64,000 nt of DNA from Kondoa subrosea. Its lineage: Eukaryota. Below are positions 28,543 through 42,600 of the stretch, one piece after another. The stretch lies in assembly GCA_039545335.1 (NCBI GenBank), contig BCIN01000003.1, positions 1,623,941-1,687,940 of the forward strand. Direction: 5' to 3'. A program made the position numbers and the translations under genes. A model generated the notes under the pieces. The model had not been told where the DNA came from. It saw only the letters and a list, made by a program, of their open reading frames with translations, and did not search any database. Numbering within the stretch: the stretch's first letter is position 1; every line of letters begins with the position of its first letter.

Positions 28543-30199
28543 TTACGATGGCATTGAGCTAATTAGGACCTTTTCCTTATGTACTTTCGCAGTCTCCAGC
28601 ATTAGATCCCATCTCTCAACAGCTTCTTCAGGTCCACAGCGTATGAAATGACCTTGCAAGGCTGCCATGCTGACTCGTTGACCACTCTCCCTCGCTTGTC
28701 CTACTAAATCTTCTAGCTTACTCTGTAACTCCGCTAGCTGATCTGGTGATACAGACGTAGAACCAGAATAAAAGCGCTGGAACATTTGACCTGATTGATA
28801 TGGTGTAGCATCATCGATCAGTTCTTGTAAATCCACTCGACCTGGTCTGATTAATGCTGGATCCAGTTTATGAGCATGATTTGTAGTCATGAAGAGTATT
28901 CGTTGTGAAGTTGACGAAGCTACGCCATCCAATGCATTGAGCAGACCAGAGAAAGTGACCATTCCGCGAAATCTGCAACGGAGCATAAGTATTCTCTTCG
29001 TTTGAGTAGACGGATGATATAAACTAACCCTTGCTCATCTGATTGCTCCCTACCCGTGAAAGCTGCATCTACATCTTCTAATAGCATAATACTTCGATCC
29101 GGAGCATTCGCGAGTAGATGATTCAGCTTGTCGTCCGTTAGACCACGTTCTGATAGATTCAAGATAGAAATGTCGTATTCCAGAGAACCAGCCAGAGCTT
29201 GGATGAAGGAAGATTTGCCTGAACCTGGCGGACCATAAAGCAAATAACCTCTTCTATATGGAATGCCTGTGGGTGTACAGAAGGAACAACTGAGCACTAA
29301 AGAGTGCACAGTAGTCCCTTAACCCACCTCTTTCAGCATACCAACTCCCTCGAGCCATGAAAGCTTGAACATCATCCACTATCCTTTCTTTCACTTCTTT
29401 GTCTAGCACAACGCTCTCCAATAGCCGCCTAGATCTTGGTTGACCAAAAGGCCGCCATTCTGCTCCCCAAGCAGTATAGATAACCGTCTTGCCAACTTTC
29501 GCTTTCTGCGCCAGTTCTTTCGCTTCTCTCAGCAAATCGGGAAACAACGTTCTATCTCTACTCAGAGCAGTAAGAGTAACAGTTTCCCAAGGTGTTCCAC
29601 TGGTTAAATCAATCATCTTGGAATCTCTTTCTCTTTTAACTTGAAACCAAGCTGATTGATATTTGAAGAAATGCGTTCCAGGACCAGGTACAAGTGAAAA
29701 AGAAGTATCGCTCCCACCATCCGTTCTAGTATTCACAGTAGTTTCTACTGCTAGTTCATGGGATTTGATACGAGATGCCCAGCCTGATGTACTTGTTTGT
29801 TTTCCATGAGCTGACATCCATTGCAAGAACCAGAGGTAAGAAGGATCTTTGGAAGGGATTTCTAAAGTGACGAGTAATCGACGTTTAGCTAGAGCTGAAG
29901 CTTGTACGAGCGATCTTCGACCAATTGTTAAAACCGCTCCGACTCCCTTGCTTCGCTAAGCTACCATTTTATTGTATTGTATAGGAGATGCAGCTCACCA
30001 TGAGTCCGAAACCAGCAGAGAAATAAGGACTAGAGAGCGACAGATTGGCACAAAACATTACAGCTTGGAAAGTGATGAATTACTTCGAGTCCAGTAAATC
30101 AGACAGCATGCCTCTCAATCCGCCAGGTGAGGAATCAGACTTGAGAATATCAACCATCGGATTGGAACTAGATCCTGCAACAGGTGTCTGAGGTATCAT
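28543..30199 (-). CDS. BCS1: Mitochondrial AAA chaperone Bcs1
   Basis: [50 protein letters not shown] and [12 protein letters not shown]. Confidence 0.95.
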
Positions 30200-30385
30200 G
30201 GTGTTCGCTTAAGAAGAGACTCAAAAGTCAAATTTCATTCATGCAGTCGGACTATAAGAATCACTGCGTACTAGAGGTATCATACGTGTAAGCAAGGAGT
30301 TCAGGACATGGACACGTGTATAATCACATTTGGTTTCTGAGAGTCGTGCATAGGCTATTTACATTTCCGATTATTCAGCATCAAA

Positions 30386-33374
30386 TCAAAGATCGAAAGC
30401 TTTGGATTTCCATCCATTGTTCTGCCTCTCAAGACGTTCCTTCTTTTTAGCTTCAGTGCTCAGAGCGCCAACTTGATCTTTAGCTTGGCCAATAGCTCTC
30501 TCAGCTTGACCTGGTGCAGTGCGGCTGTTCAATCCTGATGCTTTGGCCTTGGCTTGAGCTTGTTCAATCGCAGACTTGCGCTTGTTGTAAGATGCCTGGA
30601 GTCTATATTTCAGCAAAAAAAAACATATCTAGGATAAATCTGACTTACACTTGGACCAGCTCTACCTGGAAGCAATTGTTCATCGGCTCCGACTGCCATC
30701 TTGTATTCACCTAGATACAAAGATGAGCTCCGATCACGCATAAAGCCAAACGAAATATACCATGAGCACCAGTGACAATCACGCCAGTGCTAGTAGTCTT
30801 GGCACTAGGGGATGGGCTGAAAGCTTGCGAAGGGTGGAATCCGATGTTGAAGATTGCTCGGAGGTAGTTGGCGGGCGAAGGTTGAGCGCGAGTAGCGGCC
30901 AAAGTGCGTTGCTGGATACCATAGAGCTGCTTGTCAGCTTCTTCGAGAGATGACTTGATCTGAGCTTCGAGAGCTTTATCAATGGCCATGTTGATGAATG
31001 GGCGAGCGAAAGGCTTGAGCAGTGAGTTCAGAATCCAGTGATCGGATTGTGAGATGGAGTAGTTCAAGCTGGACAGATCAACATTGACTTTCTGTATGCA
31101 GAGTACAATTGAATCAGCAAGGGCTGAAACGTGTCTACGCTCTGGCGTACCTTAACCTTAAAGAAGGTCTCTCTGTCATCGCCGGTGGCATTCTCGAGTT
31201 CAACATCGAACGAAAGACCTCTGTTGACCAGATCGATGTCAAGAAGACCAGAGTCTTCATATCCATAGCCCTTCTTGCTGCAAATGTAGTAAGCGATGTT
31301 TTTTGCGCTGAATCTCAATCCCGTCACGCGAAGTCGAGCAGTGGTGTCGAAGTTGGAAGCGAAAGCGGCGTAGCCTTGCTCCAGAAGGATGTCATTGCGG
31401 TTGATGAACTCGATCTTGTCCTGTCATAGCAGATAAAGTCCCATCAGCAACGTTCTGACGCTGTCGGGAGCTCCGCTGACAGGAATGAATGAAGCAGACT
31501 TGAGCAAGAAATCATCAATAGCCAACTGGTAAGAAAAGTTAGCCGAAAGGTAATAGATATTCACGAAGATACGTACATCGAAGTCAGCAGAGATGTATTC
31601 GAGTCTTGGCAGAGGAATCTCCTTGACGGAACTGATCAAGCGAGGCAAGATGACATTCCAGAAATCGCGGTAGAAGCCTTTAGCTTGAGCGCTGAAGATG
31701 TTAAGAGTAGCAGCAGACATGTCGGCGACGTCTTCAGAGAGGTTTTGCAAGTTTTGGAAGAGCTCTTTGGTGTCCTTTTCAGCTTCGAAGGCTTTCTGGT
31801 AACCCTTGAGTTCTGTAGGGAGAACACCCAGTACATCAGATCAATCTGAGACACCGTGAACACCACTGACCTTGGGTCAAAGCCTTAACATCAGCCTTGA
31901 TCTGATCGTTTGACTGAATAAGTTCTTGAGCCCGGTCGACGAAGCTTTCAGCCTTGCGCGAAGCCTTCTGGGACAAGACATAGCCTTCATCGTGAAGTAG
32001 ACGGTTGCCGAACTTCTGGAGCTGTAGGATTCAAAAGATGTATAATCAGATATGGACTGATTGAACAACATGGAGACACCTACATCATCGAAGTAGCTTG
32101 AAAGACGTTCATCATTCTTGACATCCTCAACAACCTTGTCGAAAGTGCGGAAAGCATCATCGAGACTCTTTCCACCTGCGAAATCTTCGATGATTCCGCG
32201 AAGGAGAGTCATGGCCTCTTGAGCGTTCTCATCAGTTTGAACATCAGTGCTGCGCAAATTTTTCGGTCAGGGACTTGGAAACACGAGGCAAACTCACTTT
32301 TCGGCAGCTTGGTGAGCAGCTTCTTGAGCCTTGGAACCGTACTTCTTGAGAAGATTGAGTAAAGTATCGATAGAGCTGACTACAGCGTAAGTGAGTGCAG
32401 ATGACGGATTAATGGACTCACGAGTGATAGCTGTCATTCTCTTGAACGGAAACGACCAATTTCTTGAGCCTTTCGATGACTTCGTCCTTGGCTTGGGTAG
32501 CTTTATCTTGAGGATCTTGGTCTTCAGCCCATTCTCTAGCTTTGACTTTCTGTTCTTCAACGGTCAAGTTCAGCCTTCCAGTCCTGTAGTCTTTCTGAAC
32601 TTGTTTGGCTTTTCGCTTGAGAGATTGAGGATCGGTATCGATACCTTGTTGGCGTTCGGATTCAGAAGGACGAGCTTTCTCAGCTGCATCGGAAGCCAGG
32701 TTGGCAGCCTGTTCCGCAGCATCGGCAAACAAGTCTCGGACGAGGAAGGTAGAGTCAGAAATGATTTTTCTGAATTCGGGCGAGCTGATGAAGAGTTGAC
32801 CGAGAGTTCTGACAGAGTTCATTGCCTTTTGACGATCAGCCTCCAGTTCTTTGCGGTTTGGAGCATCTATGCCTTCAGTTGAAGCGTTCAAATCGAGATC
32901 AGCTTGAGTGGTAGCATAGATGAAGCGCTGGAATCGGTCTTCTTTGTTCTTGTTTGAGCCGACAGTCTGAAGAGACTCGAGTACGGCGCGAAGATCTTCG
33001 ACAACCAGAGCACCTTCTTTGCTGAATCGAGAAGTACGACCTTTGGCTGAAGAGTTCAAGACATCACTGTTTGAGAGAGTCTGCAGAGCATTGTTGAGCT
33101 GCTCCTGTGTTGGAAGGTGACCTGAACAAGGGAGTTGAGTTCGACAGTCGTCACATGCAAATTGCGACACTCACCAGTCTTTAGAGCAGCGAAGACATCA
33201 GTGAGCTTAGAGATGGTAGCCTTGGATGGTGCGTATTGTTGAGCCTGGTTCTGCAGATCCCTCGTGTTTTGAGGAAGCAGAGGCTGTCATGCAAAATATC
33301 AGTGGAAGCTTAGCAATGTCAGGGCCAGGACTTACCTGGCGTTCAGACGACGATCTAGTAGAGCTGGAATTCAT
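30386..33374 (-). CDS. HAM1-like / DUF4449 (BPI-like fold) conserved fungal protein
   Basis: G.LPTQEQL, SSPEFRKIISD, IPLPRLEYIS and C-terminal GWKSKAFDL, typical of this family; multi-exon. Confidence 0.7.
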
Positions 33375-33612
33375 ATTGAGTACTTTTGACTTTAGCAAGA
33401 GTACTGTTACGGAAGGAAAGAGTCAGGTTGAAATTTCAGATGTCACCTTCAAAACACGTCATGGCGAAGTTGCGAAAATGTCGCGACGATCACGACCACT
33501 CCTGAGGTTCTAGATGTGGCAGCGTGGCAGCAATGTAGCAGCGCGTGAGATTATACGTGTATCCAATGAGGGTATGAATGCAAACAAGATCAACTTGTCA
33601 TCTCCTCCCTGT

Positions 33613-35399
33613 TTACAGCTCCAAACCTTTCTGCTTGGCCAAAGTATGCCATCTTGACGTACATGAGTACCAGTGGTCCTGCGCAAACATAAGATCAGAG
33701 TAAGAGTAACCCTTTTGGACATACCTCGAAACTGTCTGTTGGGTCACACGCGCAACCTTGCTGAGATGCTCCTTTTGGGCAATGTTGAAAAGGCTCTGCA
33801 GAAGTGATTCAGTGACACAAAAGCAGACGTGATCGATTGACTGACCATGACGATATCCGATATCACTGAAGAAATGTACTTTGTAGAAAAACAGTCAGCT
33901 GCAGTCGACGGATAGTCAGATGAGCTCACTTTCTTCCGTTTTCATCATCAGTGCAGCAGCAATCGAATGAACTGGAGCATCTCCCCATCTTGCATGAACA
34001 TTAGTTACACGTCCAAGCAAGACCATGGAACCCTCACCTCTCGTAGCTGAAACCTCCTAGCTTGTCTAGATGCTCGAAGTAATCCATGTAAGCTTGAGAG
34101 CGCAAAAATTTCAGACTCCCTTTCATCACAAATGAGTGCTCTTCAAGTTCTCCATAATTCTACTAACCGATTTCGAAGCTGCGCCGTGGTCAGTATGGCG
34201 CTCCGAGATGATTTTCATGGATGCGGACTCACTTGGACCAGAAATGACATCGATTGTACGTTTCACCCTTGTCATCTGATAGAAAATACATTGAGTTGTC
34301 TCTGTAGAAATGGATCAGCGTCATACAACCTAGCCATTATTTGAGCCTCTGACTTTGATATATGCTCCGGATGTGCTCTACCGGAAGATCAGCAACCCTG
34401 TCTAGAGATACATATTTTACGCACTTCATGAAGCTCTTCGTTGCATCCCACAGAGTTGGTATAGTCTCTGCATATTCGTATATAGAAATAGTGAATCTGA
34501 CCTACGTGTTTCAGCTTTCGTGGCGTAAGGATATGGAAGGCGAACTCACCCATATTTCTTGTTATTGCTGCGCCAGATGTAAGTCATAAGCAAGACCTCA
34601 TCAAATGAAGACTGACTCTTCCATGAACTTGAACGGATCATACGGTATATCACAGAAGAGCTTGATATTCGGGTCAAGCCGCCAATCTATTCAGCAGAAT
34701 CAGGACTTGAGAGAACATGAAACTTATTTGACTCACAATAATCGTAATCGTTCAATAGCTCATGTCTAAAGAAGAATCCGCTTTCATAGCGACACATTCG
34801 CCTATACGATACACTGTCTGCATACAGCACTTGCTTTTGAACGAGTTCTTCCCGACTGGCTGCTGCTTTCTCTTCATCAATCCACGGTGGTTCAACCCAA
34901 TGCTCTTTCGGGACCAGACCGAAGGAAACATTCCCCGAGATAAGCGCGGAAGTACTTTCGATGAATTGTTTGCTGAAGGGCTCATCGTTTAGGAAAACAA
35001 AAGGATAGTGATAACCGTGCTTATTGAAGCGATCTTCCGCTGCCTAGATGACGGAGGCTTTTAGTTTCATTGCACAGCATGTCATTGACTCTATATGCAC
35101 CTGCACTGAGGTCAAAATCTGTCCCACTATCGAATTGACTGCGCATGAGCAGGGATGTGAAACAAGGTATAAGCAAAAAGAAACGGACAATCCGAATTGC
35201 GAGCAAGTATTACAAAAGCAGCCTTGACATTGTCTTGACCTGGCGTTGCCTGCTGACTGCTTGCTAGGCCATGAGATAGGTAATGCGAATTCGAGTTTCG
35301 CGAAGCTGGAAGTCTATAGTAATCGCCTGCCAGGAAGTAGATGAACACAAGACCACTGAGGACAGCTGCTGCATAGGCCAATATTCGGTTGCGCTGCAT
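33613..35399 (-). CDS. Alpha-1,2-mannosyltransferase, GT15 (Kre2/Ktr family)
   Basis: Type II TM N-terminus; AAFVILARNSD, YPFVFLNDEPF, SYRRMCRYESGFFFRH and RWGDAPVHSIAAA. Confidence 0.9.
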
Positions 35400-35431
35400 G
35401 AGTGGCCGACTGAGTTCAACGAGACAAACGC

Positions 35432-38400
35432 ATGTCGCTTTCAAACGAGCGTAAAGAGGTTGCGTCGCCAATCAAGCTCAAGGACTGGATCACAGCAAGA
35501 GCATGCCTGTTTGAGGGTCAGCAAGCGATGCAGGATAGATTGGAGGCCGCCTACTTAGCCAGAAACGAGTCGAAAGGTTCGAAGCCTGGTTATTCCAATG
35601 GCTTGAATGGCGGAATACTAGCACAACATCACCGATCTCAGTCGTCCTCAATCTCTTCTCTGAATTCCATCGCAAGCACCGAAAGCGATTCGGATTCCTT
35701 CGACTTTGATGCTCAGCTGAATGAGCTAAGCAACGGAGGGCTGCATCATGCAACTTCTGCTGCACACAATGGACGTGGACTTCGACAATTCGACAGTTCA
35801 ATGTCTCCCTTTGATTTCATGACTTCCTCGAATAGCTTATCCTCATCTTCTACCGCTCCTGCCCAAGCTCAGATCCCTCGCTCGCAAGCTACTCATCTGC
35901 CACCTCGTTCTGGTTCGCCATTTCCTAGTTCATCAAACGCATGGTCTCCAAGTTCCTCTGTTGAAGCTGCTCCAGTGCCGCATTTACCAGTTGGCGCGCC
36001 AAATCAAGACTCTGCTCCAGCTACTACCGATTCCCTGATGAGCTATATCACTTCTCTCAAGAGATCGCCCGCAGCTCCTTTGGCACCCCGTCAACCTCTT
36101 CTTCGCTCTCAATCCGATTTCACAACTCCAGCTACCGGTTCTGCTACATTGAATTCATCCCAGAACGGAAGTCTTTATCGCACAACTCTGAGCAGGCAAC
36201 ATGGAAGAAGCGATTCCAATATTTCCAATGGTTCGGATGATTATTCCACTCAACAAGAAGTCTCAAACCATAAATCAAAGAAAGCTATTACTGGTTTAGA
36301 AACGGTCGATCTGACACACAAGAGAGCGCATGAGTTGCCTGTATCAGTGATCAAGGAACTTGCTGGTATTGTACAAAGACGTCGGTCATCCCTTTGTCCA
36401 ACAACCGACTAAATATTGATACTGCGAAATACAGTGGCACTCAGCTATAATCGGATACAGAAATTACCTGCTGAATTCAATATGCTCGGAAGCACGCTCA
36501 AGTATCTGAACCTGAGAGGCAATCATATGACGGTCTTTCCAAGCGTTGTAAGCATTCATGTCAAGACAGTCCGCTTCACTGGCTTATCTCGATTTCTCTT
36601 TCACAGATTTGCGAGATGCCATCTTTAGAGATCTTGGATGTGTCGAAGAACAAGATTGAGAAGATGCCGAAGAGCTGCGGAACGCTCAAGAACCTGAAAG
36701 TCCTGTCAATAAAGGAGAATGCGATACGAAAGCTGCCTCCCTACTTTGCACACAGTTAGTCATCTGCCTCTCTACGGAAAATGAAGCTGACAAATCTACA
36801 GTGGGAGAATTGCGGGTGCTGAAGATTGATCATAACCCGATTGAATGGCCTCCTCGAGCTATAGCTACATTTCAAGACACTCGACCAGCCTATAGCAGCT
36901 TGATGGAACGCGCCAACAGCAGCGAAAGCGCGCTCTCGTCAATAAGTAATGGTGCGAATAAGGAAGAAGAAGCACTGGCCATGCAAAGATGGCTCGGTAA
37001 TCTGCAAGCTTGGATGTTGGCGAATCCTCAGCCTGAAAGAAGGAATGCTTCCAACTCTAGCACTAGAACAGTTCGAGCTGAACCCTCTCATACCCTTTCG
37101 AGCGAAGAAGAGCAACCCAGGCAGCATCATTCGAGCGCTCCAGTATCTCGTTCAGACGATCGTCGACGTGTACAGAAACGTCCGAGCAACATGAAACTCT
37201 CCGCCAGCGCTAGTCGACTAAACAGCATTCCTTCTCCCTTGCCTTCACCTTCTCTCGCTGCAGCCAGTGGAAATCTGCTTGCACCCAATCCTGCTGTTCA
37301 GCTCACAAAATCTGAAGGGAGACAGCCATTCGCTCATGCACGCAACTCTTCTGCTACAACAACCAATGCTATTCAAAGGACTTTACCGACTTCAACCGCT
37401 CCACTTATGCGAACAAAGAAAAGCTTACCAGACCTAAGGCTGGGTCAGAGCTCCATCTCACCACCTCCATCTGCTGGTCTTACTCCCTCTTCAGCTACCC
37501 TATCAGATGCGCCTTCTGCCTCGCCTCGCAATGTCAGCTTCAATGCATCTTTTGACCGACCAAGACCTTCTCTTATTAGTACATCTGGAACTGAAGGCAA
37601 AAGCGGCAATAGAGACAGTCGAGCCTACTTCGCTCGACTTTCTATGTTACCGCCATCTACCAGTTCCAAAGCTGTTCCGCTCGCTTTACTGGAATTTATC
37701 GATGCGATTCGTGGTATTCTTTTTGCTCTCAGTCAAATTTATTCTGGTCTTCGACAATTCGCAGAACATGACCATCTGCCCGCAGCTTTAACGAAAATGA
37801 TGAGCACAGCGGATTTGTCAATGGGCAGAATGATTAACTCCCTGGACCGCTTCGATTCTACTTCTCGCAAGTGGACGCAATTCCCAGAAACAGCTACTAT
37901 ACGAGAAGTTTTTGAGTCATGCAGAGAAAATGTGGCTATCTTTGGCAAATTGGTCAGCGTGTTATCAATACAACTCAAGTCTTTGATTGGTCAAGCGGAC
38001 GTGCGATACACTCGAACACTGTTATTGATGCTGTATGGGAGTTTGGGGGAAGTAGGAATGGCATGGAAGATGATGGCACCGAAAGCTGCTGAAGTCGCTG
38101 CTATGGTAGCGGAAAGGGATGCAAGCCCGTCTGCTTTTGCCTTACATCCACCTACTCCTTCACCTGGTACAGAAGCTGTAGATTCTTTCATACCTACCTC
38201 CGTCTCACCACGAACTGTTACAACTCCTCTTGCATCAAATATCGACCCGAAGAGCGGCAGATTGCGAAGACATGCTGGATCATTCAGCGTAGAAGACGTT
38301 AATCTGGGTGCCACGATCCCGCCTTCTTCGACTTCGCCAATCAGCGAATCAGCTTTATCAGATTCACCAAGTAGTGCTCTTCCGCCTTTAGCTACCTCCT

Positions 38401-39157
38401 CATCTGGCACACGTACCGGTAGTAGTGGCGGAAGATCTCGTCCTGCCTTGAATGGTCTATCAGCTGGCAGCCATCTGCCTTACATGGATGTGTTGGCTAC
38501 TTTGGAAGGACAACCTGCAACTCCAATGTCAGCTACACCGCCTCTATCGCTCGCTGGTCCTCGAGGTCATCGCTCGAAACCATCAATAGAGGGTCCAGCT
38601 CGTGTTCTCCCTTCATCCAATTTAGCACCTCAAGGTATACCTCGAAGTCGTCAGGGCAGCACTTCACGTTCGATTTCGTCACAAGCTGCTACTATTCGAG
38701 GCGTAGACAATGACTACTTGGAAATGGCGGACTCAACCACAACGAAGGCGTTCAGCGTCTGTCATATGCTGCTTGAGACATTGACCGATTACGCTCAGCA
38801 ACCGTCAATCGCTGGAAGAAAGCATTTAGATCTGACTGATCTCTGTGATGTCACCTCGGAAGCAGCTAGGAAACTTAAAAGCTCGATTGATGCTGTGAAG
38901 GACGAAGTTGGCGATCCCGCGATTGCAGGTCATAAGCTGAATGAGGACTCGCACGCTTTCGCTCAGGTGAGCTTTCTTATGACGTGCAACTACATATGAG
39001 ACTTATCTCTGTGCAGTCCGTTATCCAATTCGCATTGTTGGCAAGAGAATTGTCCCAAGACTTGCAATTTTCCCGACCCGTTCGAGAAGGCCTTTCTCAA
39101 TTGGCGAAGATGACCAATTCGTTGTTGGCGATGTTGAGTGTGACGACATTTAGATAG
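35432..39157 (+). CDS. SOG2: RAM-network LRR protein Sog2 (true start possibly 35528)
   Basis: LRR exons (LSYNRIQKLP, LNLRGNHM, IDHNPIEWPP) plus Sog2-domain motifs YFARLS, RGILFALSQI and DVRYTRTLLLMLYGS. Confidence 0.88.
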
Positions 39158-39651
39158 AGAGGGGGAAGAGAGGCTGCTATCTAAGAGCCGAGATGTACAT
39201 GTAATTTTGAGCATTTTGCATACAGCATGGTATTTCTTGATCAATCATGCAGCAACAGTCATCTGCATCAACGGTTGTCGCAACGCATCTTTCTGTGTCC
39301 CCTGCACATAGAGCCGCAGACCTTTCCTGCACAGCGTTGCAGTCTCAAATGCATCTGTTCAAGTCGTTGGTACAGCAGCCGTGCTCTCGCGAGCGTCTCG
39401 CTTGCTTTCTCTAGACCTCACCAAGCTTCTTTTACATGAAGGGCTGCAAAAAGACGCGTCTTACTTGTTTTCACCCCTATTCATATCCAGTCTTACTCGA
39501 AATGTCTTCGGCTTGTGCTCTTCCTTCTCGAGCATCACAACACCCAAGCGAATCTATCCACGAGTGCTCAGAGTATACCACAATCGCTTGGGATACTACC
39601 TGGAAGCCTTATCAAGCGAAAGTTTCATTGGCCAGAGCGTGAAGTGCAGGA

Positions 39652-42600
39652 ATGCAGACTAGTAAACAGGATGGCTACCAGGACGATCAATCTATGGTAG
39701 GCAGCACTTGCGGAAACTACAGTGCTTGAGCTGACACGGGCAGTAGTCCAGCAATGGCACAAAAGGTCGAGCATCAGGCAGACGCACACGTCAATCTTCA
39801 AGTCGCGGCAAGGCTTTACCTACTACTCCGCCTGCACAATCTAGACCTTCGTCACCTCAGAGAACGATTGCTGCAAGCGAGCCTGAATTGCATGCCTTCC
39901 CCTCGGATTCTCGTTTTGAAGCATTTGCAGCTCGCATCACCAGCGAGAAAGAAGTTCGCAAAAGGCGCTCACGAACTTTCTCCAATGCCCCTCTACCAAC
40001 AGCCTTAGCAACAGCGAAAGCTAGAGCTGCAAACGAGCAACATGTCGAAGACTTGAAACCAGCTATTGTCATCGAAGCGGCTGCCAAACCACCTCCTCGT
40101 CCGCCACGGAATGCCCGTCGTCTCTCTATTCAGATATCGGATTCAGCTGGCTCTTTCATTGATCAAGCTTTCACCACAATGGACAATGTTGGACAGTCAA
40201 ATCTCGCTTTGTCCTCGCCAGGAGGTCGCAATCGTTCGCAAAAGCAGTCTCCATTGGCATCACCGATCAATATCGCTGCCCCAAGAGAGCAATACGCTAG
40301 TCATCTTGCACCTGACCGTCACAGTCCGGGAAACTCTTCCGCCGCTTCTCCCAGCACAGTAATCAACAGAAGCTCGCCTCCGCCTATAGAGGAAGACTGG
40401 GAAAGGAACAGACGATTATCGAGCTTGTTTAGCGGACTTGGGTTTTCAGGAGCAATCAGTGACCTGTCTTTATCTGCTTCAAGGGAACGCGCAGAAATGG
40501 AAGTTCACGGCCAATCAACTGAAGGCGAGTCAGATCTGTTTGAGAGTGCGGAAGAAGGATTGGAAGACGCGCTGCTGAAGCGAAGCGCAACATTTGCAAG
40601 TCTTGCTCGTTCAGCTTCTGGTCAACGTTCGCTGGCTTCTTCCAACAAAGCCTTGCCTGCTGTCCCTATACTGCCGGAGCGATCTCCTCCGCGAAGTATA
40701 GCAGAATTAAATCGCCAATCTGCTCAATCTGCAGCACTTCGTCACTCACAAGAATACTCTTGGGTTCTGTCTTCTCTTGCTCAACAGCCACAGTACTCTG
40801 ACGATTCAATCGAAGAGCAATCGCATCGTGGGGAAGTGTTAGAAGCCATGGACTGGACCAGAGGAGATCGTTCGGCTCGCAATTCGACAGCAGGTATGGC
40901 GCATTCCGCTTCCGAAAAGAACATTAGGGCTTGGCTACCGACCATCGCTACAGCAGGTTCTCCGCCAGGTGAAAGTCCAGATCTTGCCTACACCGAGCCT
41001 TCCACACCAACCAGCTCATCGCACGAAATTTCTACGAGTCAAGACGAGTCTGAAAGTCCCGATACATCATGGCATGCATCTTCCAAAGCTAAATCACCAA
41101 ACAGGAAAGCGACTCGCGTAACCTCCTCGCCCGAACAGAAACTCAACCGCCGAGTATCAAGCGAGCTGGCGAAGCGAGGTTCGCCGAATGCTCCATCGAT
41201 ACACAAGACTCCTCGTCAGCGTTCGAAGACAGTCGAGAAGATTGGCAACTTCTTTACAGCTAATCCTCCTCGCGCAAGATCTACCACTTCATCTCATGAA
41301 CAATTTAAGAAAGAGATCAACAAGAAGGAAATCCGACGTCGCTCGCAATCAGTTTCACTACCTAGGCCAACATCTCGATCACCTCTTCAACCGTCATCTC
41401 CTTTGCGTAAGCCGAAAACTGCTGCATCTCCTGGTGCTGCTTCGCTATGCGACACCCCGTTGGGTCATACAACCTTCCGATCCTCTATTTCTGATCAGGA
41501 TTACCAATTGCTTCGCGAAAGATACGGTAAAGCAGAACTGAAAAGGCAAGAAATCATTTGGGAATTATGCGACACAGAAGAATCTTTCGTTGCTGGATTG
41601 CGTGGCGTGATTCGTGTCTTCATGCAACCTTTAAGAACGCCAACGGGTCGTTGGATCGAGGGCATTCCTACAGCTGTCTCGCGCCTATTCGACTGGCTTG
41701 ACGATATACTGCATCTACATACGCAGATCTCTTCAGTCCTGCGGTCCGCTCAAGCGGCTCAATCCCTTCTGACGCTGCGAATAGCGGATGCTTTTCTCCC
41801 TTTCGTCGCTCGACTGGAAGTACATCAGCCCTACATTGTTCGCTTCGCACATGTCACCCAAATCATCGATGCCATGTCAAGCGATATCAATTCCGATTTT
41901 GGCGAGTTCGTCAGAATGCAGCAAGCTTTGCCAGATTGCGGTTCTATGACGCTTTCAAGCTTCTTGCTAAAACCCGTTCAGCGTTTGATGAAGTATCCTC
42001 TGTTCTTCAAGGTGAGTTAGCCCTGCTTGATGCATAGTACGATAGGTCTGACTGAATCTGTAGCAACTACTGGAAGTAACGCCGGCTGCACATCCAGATC
42101 ATCTTGCCAGTCTCTCATTATTACACTCAACGGACGTAACAATCCGCGTAATGCAAGAGGTTAAAGCAAGAGAAGAGGAATATGAGCGGATCAAGGTTCT
42201 GCAGAATCAGATGCGAGGCTTACCTCAGGGCTTTCAGCTCGCCCGAAGAGATCGTAAGCTTCTTGCTGAGGGGGTGCTTCGCCGAGTCCACATCTCCGAC
42301 CGCGACCAGCTTCGCCTGGGCGTTGAGAACCTCTCATCGATGCAACGACAACAAAGTCAGCTTTCAGTCAGCTCTTTTAATTCTGGTCGCCCGACTTCCC
42401 ATCGCTCAAGCTCAGACTACTCTGGCTCCTCGCATCAACCTTCTTCTCAACCTTCTTCAGCTCGATCCTCTCCTTACCTCAACTCGCCTGACCTGTCGTC
42501 AACTTTCAGTCTGACCAGCAAAAGCTCTTCAGCCAGTCTTCAAGCGGATGCTAGCAGATATCTTTCGCTCAATCCTACACAAGACCAGTCGAATGTACTT

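Noticed and set aside
28424..28543. N-terminal 40 aa of the listed 123-aa ORF abutting the BCS1 stop
   Set aside because: The Cdc26 signature must be N-terminal, so the internal ATG at 28423 is the likely start
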